Position numbers and translations under genes: made by a program. Under the pieces are notes generated by a model. That model had not been told where the DNA came from. It searched no databases and worked only from the letters and a program-made list of their open reading frames with translations. A stretch of 64,000 nt of DNA from Squalus acanthias (lineage: Eukaryota): assembly GCA_030390025.1 (NCBI GenBank), contig CM059425.1, forward strand, positions 28,024,001 to 28,088,000. Reading direction: 5' to 3'. This document shows, in pieces, positions 12,801 through 24,727 of this stretch; position 1 is the stretch's first letter; every line of letters begins with the position of its first letter.

Positions 12801-14800
12801 GTGGGGTTTTTGTGTCTTAAAGGAATATTTGTTGTAAATTATGTATTAATTCTTTAAATGCTAGCCATTGCTTGTCTACCTTCATACCTTTTAATGTAGT
12901 TTCTCAATCTACCTTAGCCAACTCGCCCCTCAAAGTAGTTTGCTTTGTTTAGATTTAAGACCCTAGTTTTGAATTTAACTAAATCACTTTCAAACGCAAT
13001 ATAAAATTCTATCATATTCTTCCCTAAAAGCCCCTTTACTACAAGGTTATTAATTAACCCTTTCTCATTGCACAATACTAGATCTAAAATAGCCTGTTCC
13101 CTAGTTGGTTCCTCAGCATACTGATCTAGAAAACTATCTTGCATACATTCCATGAATTCGTCCTCCACACTATTACTGCAAATTTGGTTTGCCCAGTCTA
13201 TATGTAGATTAAAGTCCCCCATGATTACTGTATTACCCTTGTTACATGTGCCTCTAATTTTCTGATTTATACTCTGCCCTACATTAGAACTACTGTTTGG
13301 GGGCCTATAAACAACTCCCACCAAAGTTTTCTGCCCCTTGCTGTTTCTTAGCTCCACCCAAACTGATTCTACTTCTTGATCTTTGGAGCTAAGATCCTTT
13401 CTCTCTACTATCTTTATCCCATCCTTTATTATCAGGGCTACCCCTCCTCCTTTTCCATTTTGCCTATCTCTTCTAAAAGTTAAGTAGCCTGGAACATTTA
13501 GTTCCCAATGTTGGCCACTTTGCAACCACGTCTCCATTATGGCTATTAGATCAAACCTGTTAATTTCTATCTGCGCTATTAATTCTTCTATTTTGTTGTG
13601 AATTCTTCGCACATTCAGATATAGTGCCTTTAGCTTAGACTTATTTCTATTTTTCCCTGATGTCACCTTAGTCACTGATGCCTTATTACCTTTGTTACTC
13701 TCTCTGTCCCTTCCTCACCCACTCTGCTTAGTTTTACCCAAAACTCTGCTCTAGAGCCTTGATATTTCTCTCACTGCGTTTAAATTTACTCTTTCCTGAA
13801 TCCTCCCACCCCCCTTCATTAGTTTAAAGCCCTGTCTACTGCACTAGTTATTCGGTTCACCAGGACACTGGTCCCAGCCTGGTTTAAGTGGAGCCCGTCC
13901 CAACGGAACAGCTCCCTCTTTCCCCAGTACTGGTGCCAATACCCCATGAACTGACACCCCTTCCTCCCACACCACTCTTTAAGCCACGCATTTAAACCGC
14001 TAATCTGTTTGTCCCTATGCCAATTTGCGTGTGGCTCAAGTAACAATCCAGAGATTATTACCTTTGAGGTTCTGCTTTTTAATTTGGAACCTAGCTCCTC
14101 AAACTCCCTCAGCAGAACCTCATTCCTAGTTTTACCTATGTCGTTGGTTCCTACGTGGACCACGACAACTGGATCCTGCCCCTCCCACTCCAAGTTCTTC
14201 TCCAGCCGCGAAGAGATGTCTTTAACTCTGGCACCGGGCAGGCAACACAACCTTCGGAACTATCGGTTGCGGCTGCAGAGAACAGTATCTATCCCCCTGA
14301 CTATACTGTCCCCTACCACAACTACATTCCCTTTCAGTCCCCCCACTTGAATGGCCTCCTGCACCATGGTGCCATGGTTAGCTTGTTCATCCATCCTGTA
14401 GGCTTTTCCCTCATCCACACAGGCAGCAAGAACCTCATACCTGTTGGACAAGGGCAAAGGCTGAGGCTCCTCCAGCTCTGCACCTGGGGTCCCCTTACCT
14501 GCCTGAGATGCAGTCACACCCTCCTGTCCCTGGCCACTAACCAGACCTATACCACTACCTAACCTAAGGGGTGTGACTGCCTCCTGGACCAAAGTGTCCA
14601 GGTAACTCTCCCCATCCCTGATGCCCCGCAATGTCTGCACCTCAGACTCCAGCTCAAAAACTCTGAGCTGCAGTTCCTCAAGATGCAGGCACTTACTGCA
14701 AACGTGGTTGTCCGGGATCACAATGCTCTCCACAAACTCCCACATGCTGCAGTTGCGGCACACCACCTGCACTGCCATCCCTATATGACCTTGTTTTATT
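9869..14800 (-). mobile_element. Near-full-length CR1 LINE (ORF1 zinc finger/coiled coil/esterase; ORF2 APE-RT), disrupted and interrupted by a MITE
   Basis: ORF1 at 14778-13819: CRNC..CSKC and SGNH motifs GDSIVR, HVGTND, DGLHLN. APE at 13675-12914: YRPP, MGDFN, ILDLVL. RT at 11555-9971: YLDFQKA, QGSVLGP, FADDT. Tail reads AAGAACAT repeats on the + strand at about 9869-9895. Confidence 0.95.
11604..12470. mobile_element. Harbinger-type MITE inserted in CR1 ORF2
   Basis: TIRs GGCCGCGATTTTGC / GCAAAATTCCGGCC (12/14 match). CR1 resumes exactly across it (agatac...aaagtatttg); flanking trinucleotides tta/aaa. Confidence 0.85.
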
Positions 14801-16012
14801 TAATTAAATGTAATATATTTGTATTTAAGTAACTTAGTTTACAGTGTAGTTTCCTGACTACTTACTTGATCTACTTTAAGTTAAGGGTACTGAAAGTAAA
14901 TATCTACCTGTAGCACAAAGCACTACAGGTAGTATAGGCAAAAAGCAACAACTCATTCCCCCCTCCTCTGCGAATTCCCACTCTTTCCAAATTCCCAAAT
15001 AAAACACTTTGTTCAAGTCCACTCCGTTTAATCCCGCTCTAAAACGGAGTGTACTTAAACAGAGTGTTTTATTCAGCATTAGTGAAGCCCACCTTTCTGC
15101 CGGATTTTCCAACCATGGACCTGAACAATACAATCAGCATATTTTGATTGATGAAGCTTTGGTTTTTTTTGGAGTGGTGAAGTGCTTAATTTTTTGTTTG
15201 CTAAGATGCTGAATTGTGATAATCACTGGTCTTTTGTGACTGCTTGCATATTGTTTGCTAAAAGTTACAAAAGTAGGGGACTGATAAGAACCCTTCCCAT
15301 TCCAACATATTCATAAGTTCTTCACATTATACAACATATAGTTCTGTTGGCCACCCACATTTGGACACCTGGTAATCTAACTGTAATTTCGTGATTCATC
15401 GCAGGTAGATTGTCAGCAGTGTTGCTTTTTTTCCCTAATTTTCGTGCATAAGCTCATTTTTTTTAAGCATTAACTTGCAGGGAAAAAATTGAAGGAGGGG
15501 CGAGATCACCCTCCTTCTAAATAACTGTCCAGTCCGCATCCTGTGTGGATCTAATATGCCTGACATCTTTACTGGGAAAGCAGTAATTATTGGATGTTAT
15601 CCTCACTTGATCCTTTCACTACACGCTGTTATCCTTTCACTACATGATCCTGATAAATAAACTCTTGTGGTACAGCTTTGTCTCTTTTTTAGCTGGCAGA
15701 GATTCAGGCCATGACTTGATGGATGATTCCCTTAAGCTGCTTTATGCACAGATGTGCTGTTGTGGAGTGTCAGGATAATTTTACAAATTGTGCACTGACC
15801 CCTTTGTTTTAGTCCTCAGCTTCCTCAGTCACTTCCGCTGGATAGCTCTTTTCTCTGCTTTTCTTTCATTTTTAAATTTGCAGATGGTCACATTTTTATT
15901 TTATTTGCTGTCTTACCCTTGAGATCTTACTTGTTCTCTCGCACGTTTGCAAAATTTACTGGCTCACACGTCACCACCTCTGCTGCAGTTCCAGTGTATT
16001 TAACAACTGTCT

Positions 16013-16282
16013 GTGGCAGCTTAGTGCTTGTGGTGATGTACCAGCAATCCAGGGGGTAGTGAGTTCATAATCCCACCATGGCAAATTGTGAAATTTAATT
16101 CAATAAATCTGGTCATTTTTGGGTTTGCGCCAGAAAATGACTGTTTAAACTGCTGGATTGCTGTAAAAACCCGACTGGTATCCTTCAGGGAAAAGAACCA
16201 GTAGACCTTCCTGGTCTGGCCTGCGTATGACTCCAGTTGCACACTACATGGTTGACTCTTAATGCCCTCAGGGCAACTAAGC
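16013..16282 (+). mobile_element. tRNA-derived SINE-like element
   Basis: A-box-like gtggcagcttagtg and B-box-like gagttcataatccc. The 3' end (cagggcaactaag) resembles the tail of the 1070-1935 LINE family. Confidence 0.5.
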
Positions 16283-16382
16283 AACTCAGGACAAAACACA
16301 ATTCATAATCCCAGTCTTAAAATAGGAGGTTTTATTTTTAATTGAGAAACTTTGGTAAAGCTCCATAGTTCTGACACCATTT

Positions 16383-17227
16383 TGTAAGCTTTTTATTTCG
16401 AGTGGCATTAAGTTGACAGCAAGACCAATTCTTTTGAAACAATTTGGAATAAGTTTATTAAACACACACAGTCATGCAAGTTTATTAAACACACACACAC
16501 TCATGCAAGTTTATTAAACACACACACACTCATGCACATCAAAACAATAGCCTACTGGTATTTATGGACCCTACTCGATTACAACTCGTAAGGTAACTGC
16601 CTAAGAAGGTAAGAATGGGTTAGATTTACACAGACTGGTACTTCCCTGAGTTAAGCAATGCACGCGGCCTTTTTCCTTGCTTCTTGGTCTGGTCTGTACA
16701 TCATGGTCTGTATGACTGTTGGACTATAACCTGGTGATGTGCGACTTCTCATCATGGTCTGTAGAGGGAGGGCTTCTTGTTCTTCCGCGTGGTCGTCCAG
16801 AGAGAGAGAGAGAGAGCCTTTGGTTCCTTGTTTTTATATCTTTTTAAAGTCCATTGTCTTCTAGTTTAAATTGCTAAGATGCCATGATTGGGTCTTAGAT
16901 TCTGGCAGTTCTTGATTGACTTTCCTTTGAACATGTCTGTCTGCAGTGGCTGGTGCCATTTCTTGCTAAAGTTAATTGTTTGTTGACACCTTTTAGTGGC
17001 TCTTGAGTTTCGATGGTGAGTTTCGATGGTGAGTTTCGATGGTGAGTTTCGATGGTGAGTTTCGATGGTGTCTCTGTGGGGGGTTATCCTGTTTTGCAGG
17101 TTTCCTTTGTTAAGTTTCGCACCGTTGCCTTACCCAGGGGAGATCCACACACATCAAATTTATCTTTATCTTATATTAATAGTCTCGAGTCCATCACACA
17201 TACAAAACATATATTTTTATTCTTACA
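16383..17227 (-). repeat. 3' LTR (845 bp)
   Basis: Inverted termini TGTAAG...CTTACA. Purine tract aaggcgggga lies just upstream on the minus strand. Minus-strand TATA-like motif near 16835 and AATAAA near 16455. Confidence 0.82.
17005..17070. repeat. 13-bp tandem repeat (gagtttcgatggt) x5 inside the LTR
   Basis: Read directly from the sequence. Confidence 0.95.
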
Positions 17228-17275
17228 GATTCCCCGCCTTGAGGGGGAAATATCCTTATTGACCCCTCATTTGGT

Positions 17276-17515
17276 TTATCTCCTCAGGGCTCGCGTATGG
17301 TGGTTCAGTTTTCTAAGGAGTTTTCTCAGGAAGCAGATCATGATGATCCCCACCACTACAATTATGGCTTGTGCCAGTATCATAAGCATTGAGAGGGTTC
17401 TGAGCCAGGGCTGTTGTCCTACATTATACATTGTTTCCCAGCATGGGCTGGCTCCTAGCTTTTGTATAGCACTGCTGTTTATGGCATTGTCCTGTGTCAT
17501 CTGTATCCGTATCAT
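17276..17515 (-). pseudogene. env-like C-terminal remnant (helix, Trp-containing segment, transmembrane anchor, basic tail)
   Basis: Lies between integrase and PPT; ...PCWETMYNVGQQPWLRTLSMLMILAQAIIVVVGIIMICFLRKLLRK... Confidence 0.65.
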
Positions 17516-17649
17516 GGTCCTGTGGGAAACAAGATCAATGTAGTATTTACTCTTTGGCAGTTTTTAACTGGTTAACATGATACCATTTCTTGTACTTAAC
17601 GCCCTTTTTCCCCGGTAACTGAATCAAATAAACCGCGGGGTTCAATCAG

Positions 17650-20600
17650 TCTATAATCATAGGCGGTCCCCACCACCTGGGCTCAAAGGCATGCTTCTTT
17701 TTCCCATAATTTGGAATCATTACGGTGTCCCCCACCTGATACTCAAAGGGATGTACTTTCTTGTCAAAGTACCTTTTAATTTGTCTTTTTGACTTCCCCA
17801 ATTTTGTGGCCACAAATCAATTCATCTGATCGGTGTGATCTACCACTTGTTCCAGCCACTTGGAACTACATGGTTCCATTTTCAAGGGGCTCATCCCCGT
17901 TAGTGTTAGCTGGCCTGGCGTTCTCATGAGTCTCCCTGTCATGGCCTGATATGGGGAGACTCCTGTTGTTTTATGAGGTGTGGACCTCATTGCCATTAAG
18001 CAAATTGGCAGCATGTTAGCCCATTGAGTGGGGTGGTCCGCACACAATTTTTTTAACATTAACTTGAGAGTCCTGTTCCCCCTTTTGACCCCTCCGGACG
18101 ACTGGGGGTGGTGAGCAACATGTAGTTTGTGTTTTATCCCCAACATTTCCTGCAGGTGGGTAAAAATCTTACTGGTAAAGTGTGAACCTTGATCACTGTC
18201 CACTTGTACCGATTCCCCACCTACAAAACACATGATTTAATAGTGCTTTGGCTGCCGTGATTGTGGTGTTGGAGCGGCAGGGGAATGCTTCGATCCATTT
18301 AGTGAATTGATCCACCACCACTAGGGCATGCTGAAAATTGCCCTGTGCCTGTGGAAGTGGCCCAATGAAGTCTATCTGGAGGGGAGTCCATGGCCCTTGA
18401 GGTGGGGGCGCGCTTTGAAGCAAGGCTCGGTTAGTGCATGCGGGAGGATTGTGCTGCAGGCACGGTGGGCATCGTGCCACATATAGGTTGATTGTTTCCC
18501 TCATGGAAGGCCACCAAGCTGTGGATGCCACCTTATAGAAGGTTACCAGGGCCGAATAGTGCCCTGCCGTGGGGTGGGAGTGAACGAGGGAGAGCAGTTC
18601 CTGACCCACCTCTGGTGGAACGCACCACCGGGCAGGCGTATGGCTTTCTTTTGAACATCAGCAACTGCTCCGCTGAGCCAGGGGCAGTGGCTAGTATGGT
18701 ATTGGGGGCCCAGGCTGTTGGTTGAGGAACAGGTCTGCCTTCCTCGTGCCAGGTGCTTACAACGGTGTATGGCCAGTATTGCTGCTACAGGGATTTTAAA
18801 TCTAGGTGACCTGTTGGGGAGTCCTTGCTAACAGCATTGCGGGGCTCAACAACTATATCCTCCATCTCCCCATCAATCGCAGCGTCCTTGGCTGCTCTGT
18901 CTGCTCTGGAATTTCCCTCACTATGTGGACCCCCTTTTCTATGGGCTGCTACCTTTCCTATGAAGCAGGGCTGGGATCGCTGTTTAAGGTATGACCAGAG
19001 CAGGCATAACCAGGGCCTTACCGTCTATTGTACGGTAGTCATTTTTGTGGTATAGGGGCAAGGAGAGCATGGTGTTTATAGCATAGGCACTATCGGACCA
19101 AATATTCACGGGTCTATCTGAGGATTCTTTCACGGCGGTTAGAAGTGTGGCGATTTCTGCATATTGTGAGGACTGTCGGTTGCATCATCGCTGGATGGTT
19201 CTCTCTGGCAATAACACAGCATACCCGGTGTGGGGGGATCCCTCGATGTGATATGAGGACCCATCGATGTAGACATCTGGGGCTCCCTGTATGGGCTCTT
19301 TCTGCACAGGATGGGTCTCAAAGTTAATCAGGGGTAACGGACATTCATGCGGTTCCCCCTCATAAACCAGAAATTGTGGCAGCAATGTGGTGGGTTTGGA
19401 AATGATACCAATGTCTCTTTCCATAAATTCCAATGTCCATTTGCTGAGGCGCTGCGAGGAAACTAGCGAATCGCCAGGTTTCATCAGTAGGTTTAGAGGC
19501 GTGTGAGCACTGTGAAGGATGGTCGCTTGTAGCCCAGAAATAAAGGTAAAATGATGTACCGCCCAGAAGACGGCCAGCAGGTGGCGCTCACATGCGGTAT
19601 ACGTCTTTACTGCCCCCTGCAGGATTCGAGACGCATATGCAATGGACTGCAGTCGATCAGCTCGCATTTGGCCCAGAACTGCGGCAAGGCTTTGTTCTGT
19701 GGCCCCGACCTCCAAATGGAAGGGCTGCGTGGGATCCGGAGGAATCAGACATGCAGTTTTTAATTTGGCCACGGACTGGGTGTGAGCATCAGTCCATGCC
19801 GGGCATATGTCATCACCTTGCAGTTTTATCAAATCATACAGGGGCTTTGCACACTCTGCAAAGCCTGGGATAAAGTTCCTTTGGTACCCCACCAAACCCA
19901 AGAATGATCGTAGGGTAATGGTAGTCGCTGTATTATCTCCACCTTGAGGGAGTCGGGGGACAATCCCTCTGGAGAAATGGACACTCCCAGAAAGGTGACC
20001 CGTTCTTTTACCAACTGAGCCTTACGGGGATTCACCTTTAGTCCCGCCTGAGCCAACAATGTCAACAGTTCGTGCAAAAGGGACAGATGCTCCTCCATGC
20101 TATCGGTTGCCAGCAGTAGATCGTCTCCGTACTGTAGCAAGCAGGTAGGGCAGGAAAAGTCTTTTAAAACTGCAGCCATTCTTTTGTGGAAGATCGTGGG
20201 GGCATTATGGAACCCCTGAGGCAGGCATGTCCAGGTGTAGCTCTGGTCCTCAAATGTGAACGCGAATTTGTACTGGTCCTCCCTTTTAACAGGGATACTC
20301 CAGAATCCATTGGCGATGTCGAGGGTCGAGAAGTTCTTGGAACCAGCAGGAATTTAAGATAATATGGTGGGAGCTTCTCTTACTGCCGGTGAGCAGGCTG
20401 GCATTACAGAATTTAACTTTCTGTAATCAATAGTCAGTCGCCAGCTGCTATCAGGCTTTTTAACCGGCCATGTGGGTGAATTGGTTGTGAAAGTGCCTGT
20501 CCTAACAACACCCTGCTCGACTAGGGATTTTATGGTGTCTCGGATGTAAGGGTGACTCTCCCTTGGGATGGGGTACTGTTTAGTGAATGAGTGGGGGGAG

Positions 20601-21180
20601 GGGTCCCTCAATAGACTCTTCGCCTGCCATTTTTCCACAATCGTGCTTCCACGTGGCAATCACCGCTAGGTGTTCCTGAATTAGTTTTGCCACAGCTTCA
20701 TTTTCGCTCCGCGGAGGGTCATACTCGGATGACTTTTCAACAGCAAAAACAGAGTGAGCATCTGAAATTTCGATCACTTTTGCATTATTTCTCAATCCCA
20801 TCCAAACACAGTCCCGATTGTAATCTATTACCGCGCCATACTGATCCAACACATCAGTCCCTAAAATTCCCCTTCCGTCAGGGGGTGGTCATCAGCATCG
20901 GCGCTGGGACTTTGCAGGTGAGGCCTCCCAACTGAAGTTCAGAGGCCTTCCCTGTATACACGGTGGTTGTATCACCATTAAACCCTTTAAGGGCCATACA
21001 ACCCTTGCCCGCCGCTGCATGGCGTTCAGGGTATGGGGTGTGGATGATGGTAACGGCTGAGCCAGTGTCTATAAGCATAATCTGTTGCCGGCCCCCTTTT
21101 AAGACAGCAAGGACTACTGGTCTCCCGCTACCATCACGTCGGAACCCCACTTCCGACCAATCTTTGGGGGCCAAACCCTG
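17650..21180 (-). pseudogene. pol pseudogene (PR-RT-tether-RNase H-IN), many frameshifts
   Basis: Motifs as listed for the element. The second RNase H is read across frames: YIDGS, QYAEI, WSDSAY, KVAAH, GNSRAD. Confidence 0.9.
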
Positions 21181-23255
21181 TCATAGGGTGGATCCTTGGA
21201 GGGGTCCCTCCAATGGGTGTGCATTGACAATAGGATTTTGCATTCCCAGTGGGTGTGCATTGGTGATTGCGTGCACCAGTAAATGATTTTGCATCCCCCC
21301 CGTGACAATTTGGGCTTTCATGGGGCCCTTACAATGTTTAAACATTGATTGCATTTCAAACAGTGTGAGAGAGTTGCCTATTTTCACTCTATCTATTTCA
21401 TTGCCTGAATCAGAGTGCACATTGGAATGTAGCAGAAGGAAAATTTTTGTCTGTCTTACATTCAGTTTTTAATATATTTAAAATAAAACAGATTTATAAA
21501 AATTGGTTTGTCTTCACAGGAAGCTTAGCTATATTGAAACACCAAAACAGATAATATGTACAAATCTCATGGTTTTTTCTGTAATTTGGATTTGATTTTC
21601 ATAGTGTTGTCCAAGAGGGCTGGGTCACCTTTGACCTGTATGACCTTTTGACAAAATGTAACCTGTTAACGATAGTGTATTAATGCTGTAAAAAGGCATA
21701 TTTTAAAAGAATACTCGGATAAGGCCTCAAATATGTATCCAAAAAGTTTAATTATTAATATTTAATTAAAAAAAAATGTAATTTTGAATATTGTTCATGC
21801 CCTTTCTGAAGCTGAGATGGCTGTTAATAGAGCCAAATTTCCACAGGACTAGATCCGATTCAGGTCCTGGAAATGTTCTAACCACTCATGATTCAGTAAC
21901 TGATATTGTTTGATTTTCAATAAAATAACTTGCATCATAAATTATTCCACAGTCTAATGAAATATAAGAACTGCCTTATTCATCAGCAACGACAATATTA
22001 CTGCCTGCAGGACTTGTGAATTATTCAGCTTTTTTCCTGAATTGTATGTTTCATTCTACATTTTTTCATAGAATAGATTTTGTTTGTCAGAAGACACTAA
22101 ACAGCTTCAATCATAATCTAAATGCCAGAGCCAACGCTTATTGTATTTTATTATATTTTGGTTAGAATTGTAAGATAATGGCCTCCTTCTGTGCTGTATC
22201 ATTCTATGATTCTAAGTGTTAAAAATCAAATTTCTCCACATTATCGTTTTTATGCTGTAATATCCAAGATTAAAAATAATCCTCAGAGCTCTTGTCAATG
22301 GATGATACTTTGGGAAAATTATAGATAGCAGCCTTAACCCTGACTTTTGCGCCAGTTTTAAATTTACTACTAGTGTAATATTCTTCTATGGCACCTAATT
22401 AGTATTTAAAACAAGGAATAATTCTACTTTTCAGATAGTGCTGCGGCACTTTCACCGTTTCCAAACATAGCAAGGAACGGGCTTCCACAGTGAAAATAAG
22501 TCCTGGCTTTATTTCCCTTCTTCCCCTTTGCCCTTTAAGATTATCTTTTATGAAACTGCTCAAATGCCCTTATGGATTATTGTTCCTTGACATTTTCTGT
22601 TGATACGCTATATTCAAAATTGTCGAGCAATGCCGACAACAAGGCGCCTACCTGTCATTAATCCCTGGCCCATTCATTAATTGTTTCAGTATGGCAGCCT
22701 GCCTGGTTCCCAGAATACGCATTGAACATCAGGCAGACAGAACTCAATAGCAAGTTCCAGAAATGGCTAATGTTAACAAGTTAAATAAAAAGTTACAATA
22801 ACATTGTCACAATTATAAAAAAATAAAATGGAAAGATAGATCTGCACAAGTGCTGGAAATTTAACTACAGATTCTTTTGGCAATGGATCAGCTGTTTTCA
22901 GCCACCTTAAGTAGGGAGAGTTACATCAGTTATGAAGTAAAATTCTAAAGATGTGAAGCTATCTGGACTTTTTTCCAAGTGCTAATGAAACATCTGTTGA
23001 GGAGGGCAGTCAGATGGCAGAATGGCTTGTGTTATTTCCAGACCAACATTTGAAAAGGCTGAATTTCACTCTCGCAATCAGTTACAGTCATGCGCACCTA
23101 TGATTTGGAAGACTGCTTTGAGCACCGACTACTGATAAAATTAATTGACATTGTTGCGATAAATTTGTCTTTCCAATTTCCGACTGAATCATTATAAATC
23201 CTTGCAGATGATAGAGCTAATGAGAAAGGCCATGAAATGTGGAAAAATATCCGTT

Positions 23256-23743
23256 GGGGACGATTTTCATCCCAGTTGGGCAGGAACAGGGCAATAGCGT
23301 GATAAAAATTGCAACGCAGCACTCGGGCCTGTTCCCGCTGATGTCCAGGTCACTATCATTTTGATAGGGGCCTTGAAATGGGTGGTCCAGGCACCCACCG
23401 GGAGTAGGTGGGAGCTTCATTAGCCCATGTAAGTCGGGGTCCTGTGACGTCAATAGGACCCTGATGCCATTTTGAATTGCCAGTGGGTGGAGTGTGCGCC
23501 AAGGTTTTTTAATGATTTTTGTAGTCAGGAAGAGCTTCCCTCCCCTCGCCCACTCTGGACTGGCTGGGCTCTACAGACTTACCTATCCTCTCTGATTGTC
23601 GAGCTGCCTCACATGTGCAGCAGGATTCAAATGAGGCCAGACCACGAAAATGGTTTGGACCTCCAGCCGCTTCCATTGATCGGGCACTGAGCTCACTCCA
23701 CCCACCTCCTGCGAAATGGAAGAGGTCCCTTCAAAATCAACCT
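23256..23743. mobile_element. Degenerate Harbinger-type MITE
   Basis: Ends ggggacgattttc and caaaatcaacct; GC-rich interior in an AT-rich context. Confidence 0.55.
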
Positions 23744-24005
23744 GATTGTGCTGAGCAAACACTCTTTTGGTTCTTGTTGAATTTCCTTGTTGATAAATAA
23801 TTTAAAGGAATTAAAAACAGTAACAAAATTAACAAACCTTCTGTACAGAACTGCATGGAATTTGGTTCTATTTTTGAGGAAACAAACAGAACAAAAATTG
23901 TACCCAAAAAAATAGGATAAGTTTGGAGGAATCAGTAAAAAAATTAATATTGCATTGGAACATTGCTAAAACTCAAAGAGACCAAGGCAGAGAAAAAAAG
24001 GCATT

Positions 24006-24727
24006 GGGGTAGAATTTGCGGTTGGAGGCGTACCTCCGGAGTACGCCCCTGACCCGCGAAACAAATCCGAACCTGCGTCCAGGCTGCAGAGAGTTCCGGT
24101 CTCGGGCCTCCAGGCAGATGTCAGCGTAAAGGCCCACGGATTCCAGGGACGCAGGTTCGTAAGTGTCCCTGGGATCACGTGGGCCCGGTCTTCCAATGAC
24201 AAAGGAGGATTCCATTGCAGTCATTTACGAAGGGAATTCCCTAATGATATGCAATGGAATCCCCAAATAATTATACAATGTACAGAATTCCACTAAATAT
24301 AAATGTACTGAATTACAATTTTATTCATAAGTCCCTTCATTGCGCCAACCTCAATAAAAATTTAATTTTTTGATAAATAATTTTAAACATCTTAATCAGG
24401 GCCAATATTTGCATAAACTGATTTAAAGTGTATGTACATAATTTTGGATTTTTAAATACCCTTACGCTGATGAAAGCAGGCCCTAGGCCTGCTTTTACCA
24501 GCCATAAGAGTTGTGTGGGCAATTGCTGGGCAGTTGTTGGGCAAATAGCCCAACGCTGCACCAGCAATACTGCTTTTCCATGTGGTTTGGATGATCTGTC
24601 AAGGTGTACCTTGACAAACCGCGATTTCCGGATTTTGCGCAAGTGCATGCGGAAACCCGGAAGTTGCAGTACCTTTTAAATGGATTACAGTGGCGTACGC
24701 CATCAGGGAGACTGCAAATTCTGACCC
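24006..24727. mobile_element. Harbinger-type MITE
   Basis: TIRs GGGGTAGAATTTGC / GCAAATTCTGACCC; subterminal ggcgtac motifs at both ends; flanks att/agt. Confidence 0.8.

Larger units (their letters stand above)
16383..21420 (-). mobile_element. 5'-truncated endogenous LTR element with retrovirus-type pol and env-like remnant (lokiretrovirus-like)
   Basis: Order: gag end, protease (LIDTGSA), RT (WPVKKPD, QYGDDLL), tether, RNase H, integrase (H..H..C..C, QIDFIGPLP, SDQGSHF), TM remnant, PPT, LTR. Confidence 0.88.
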
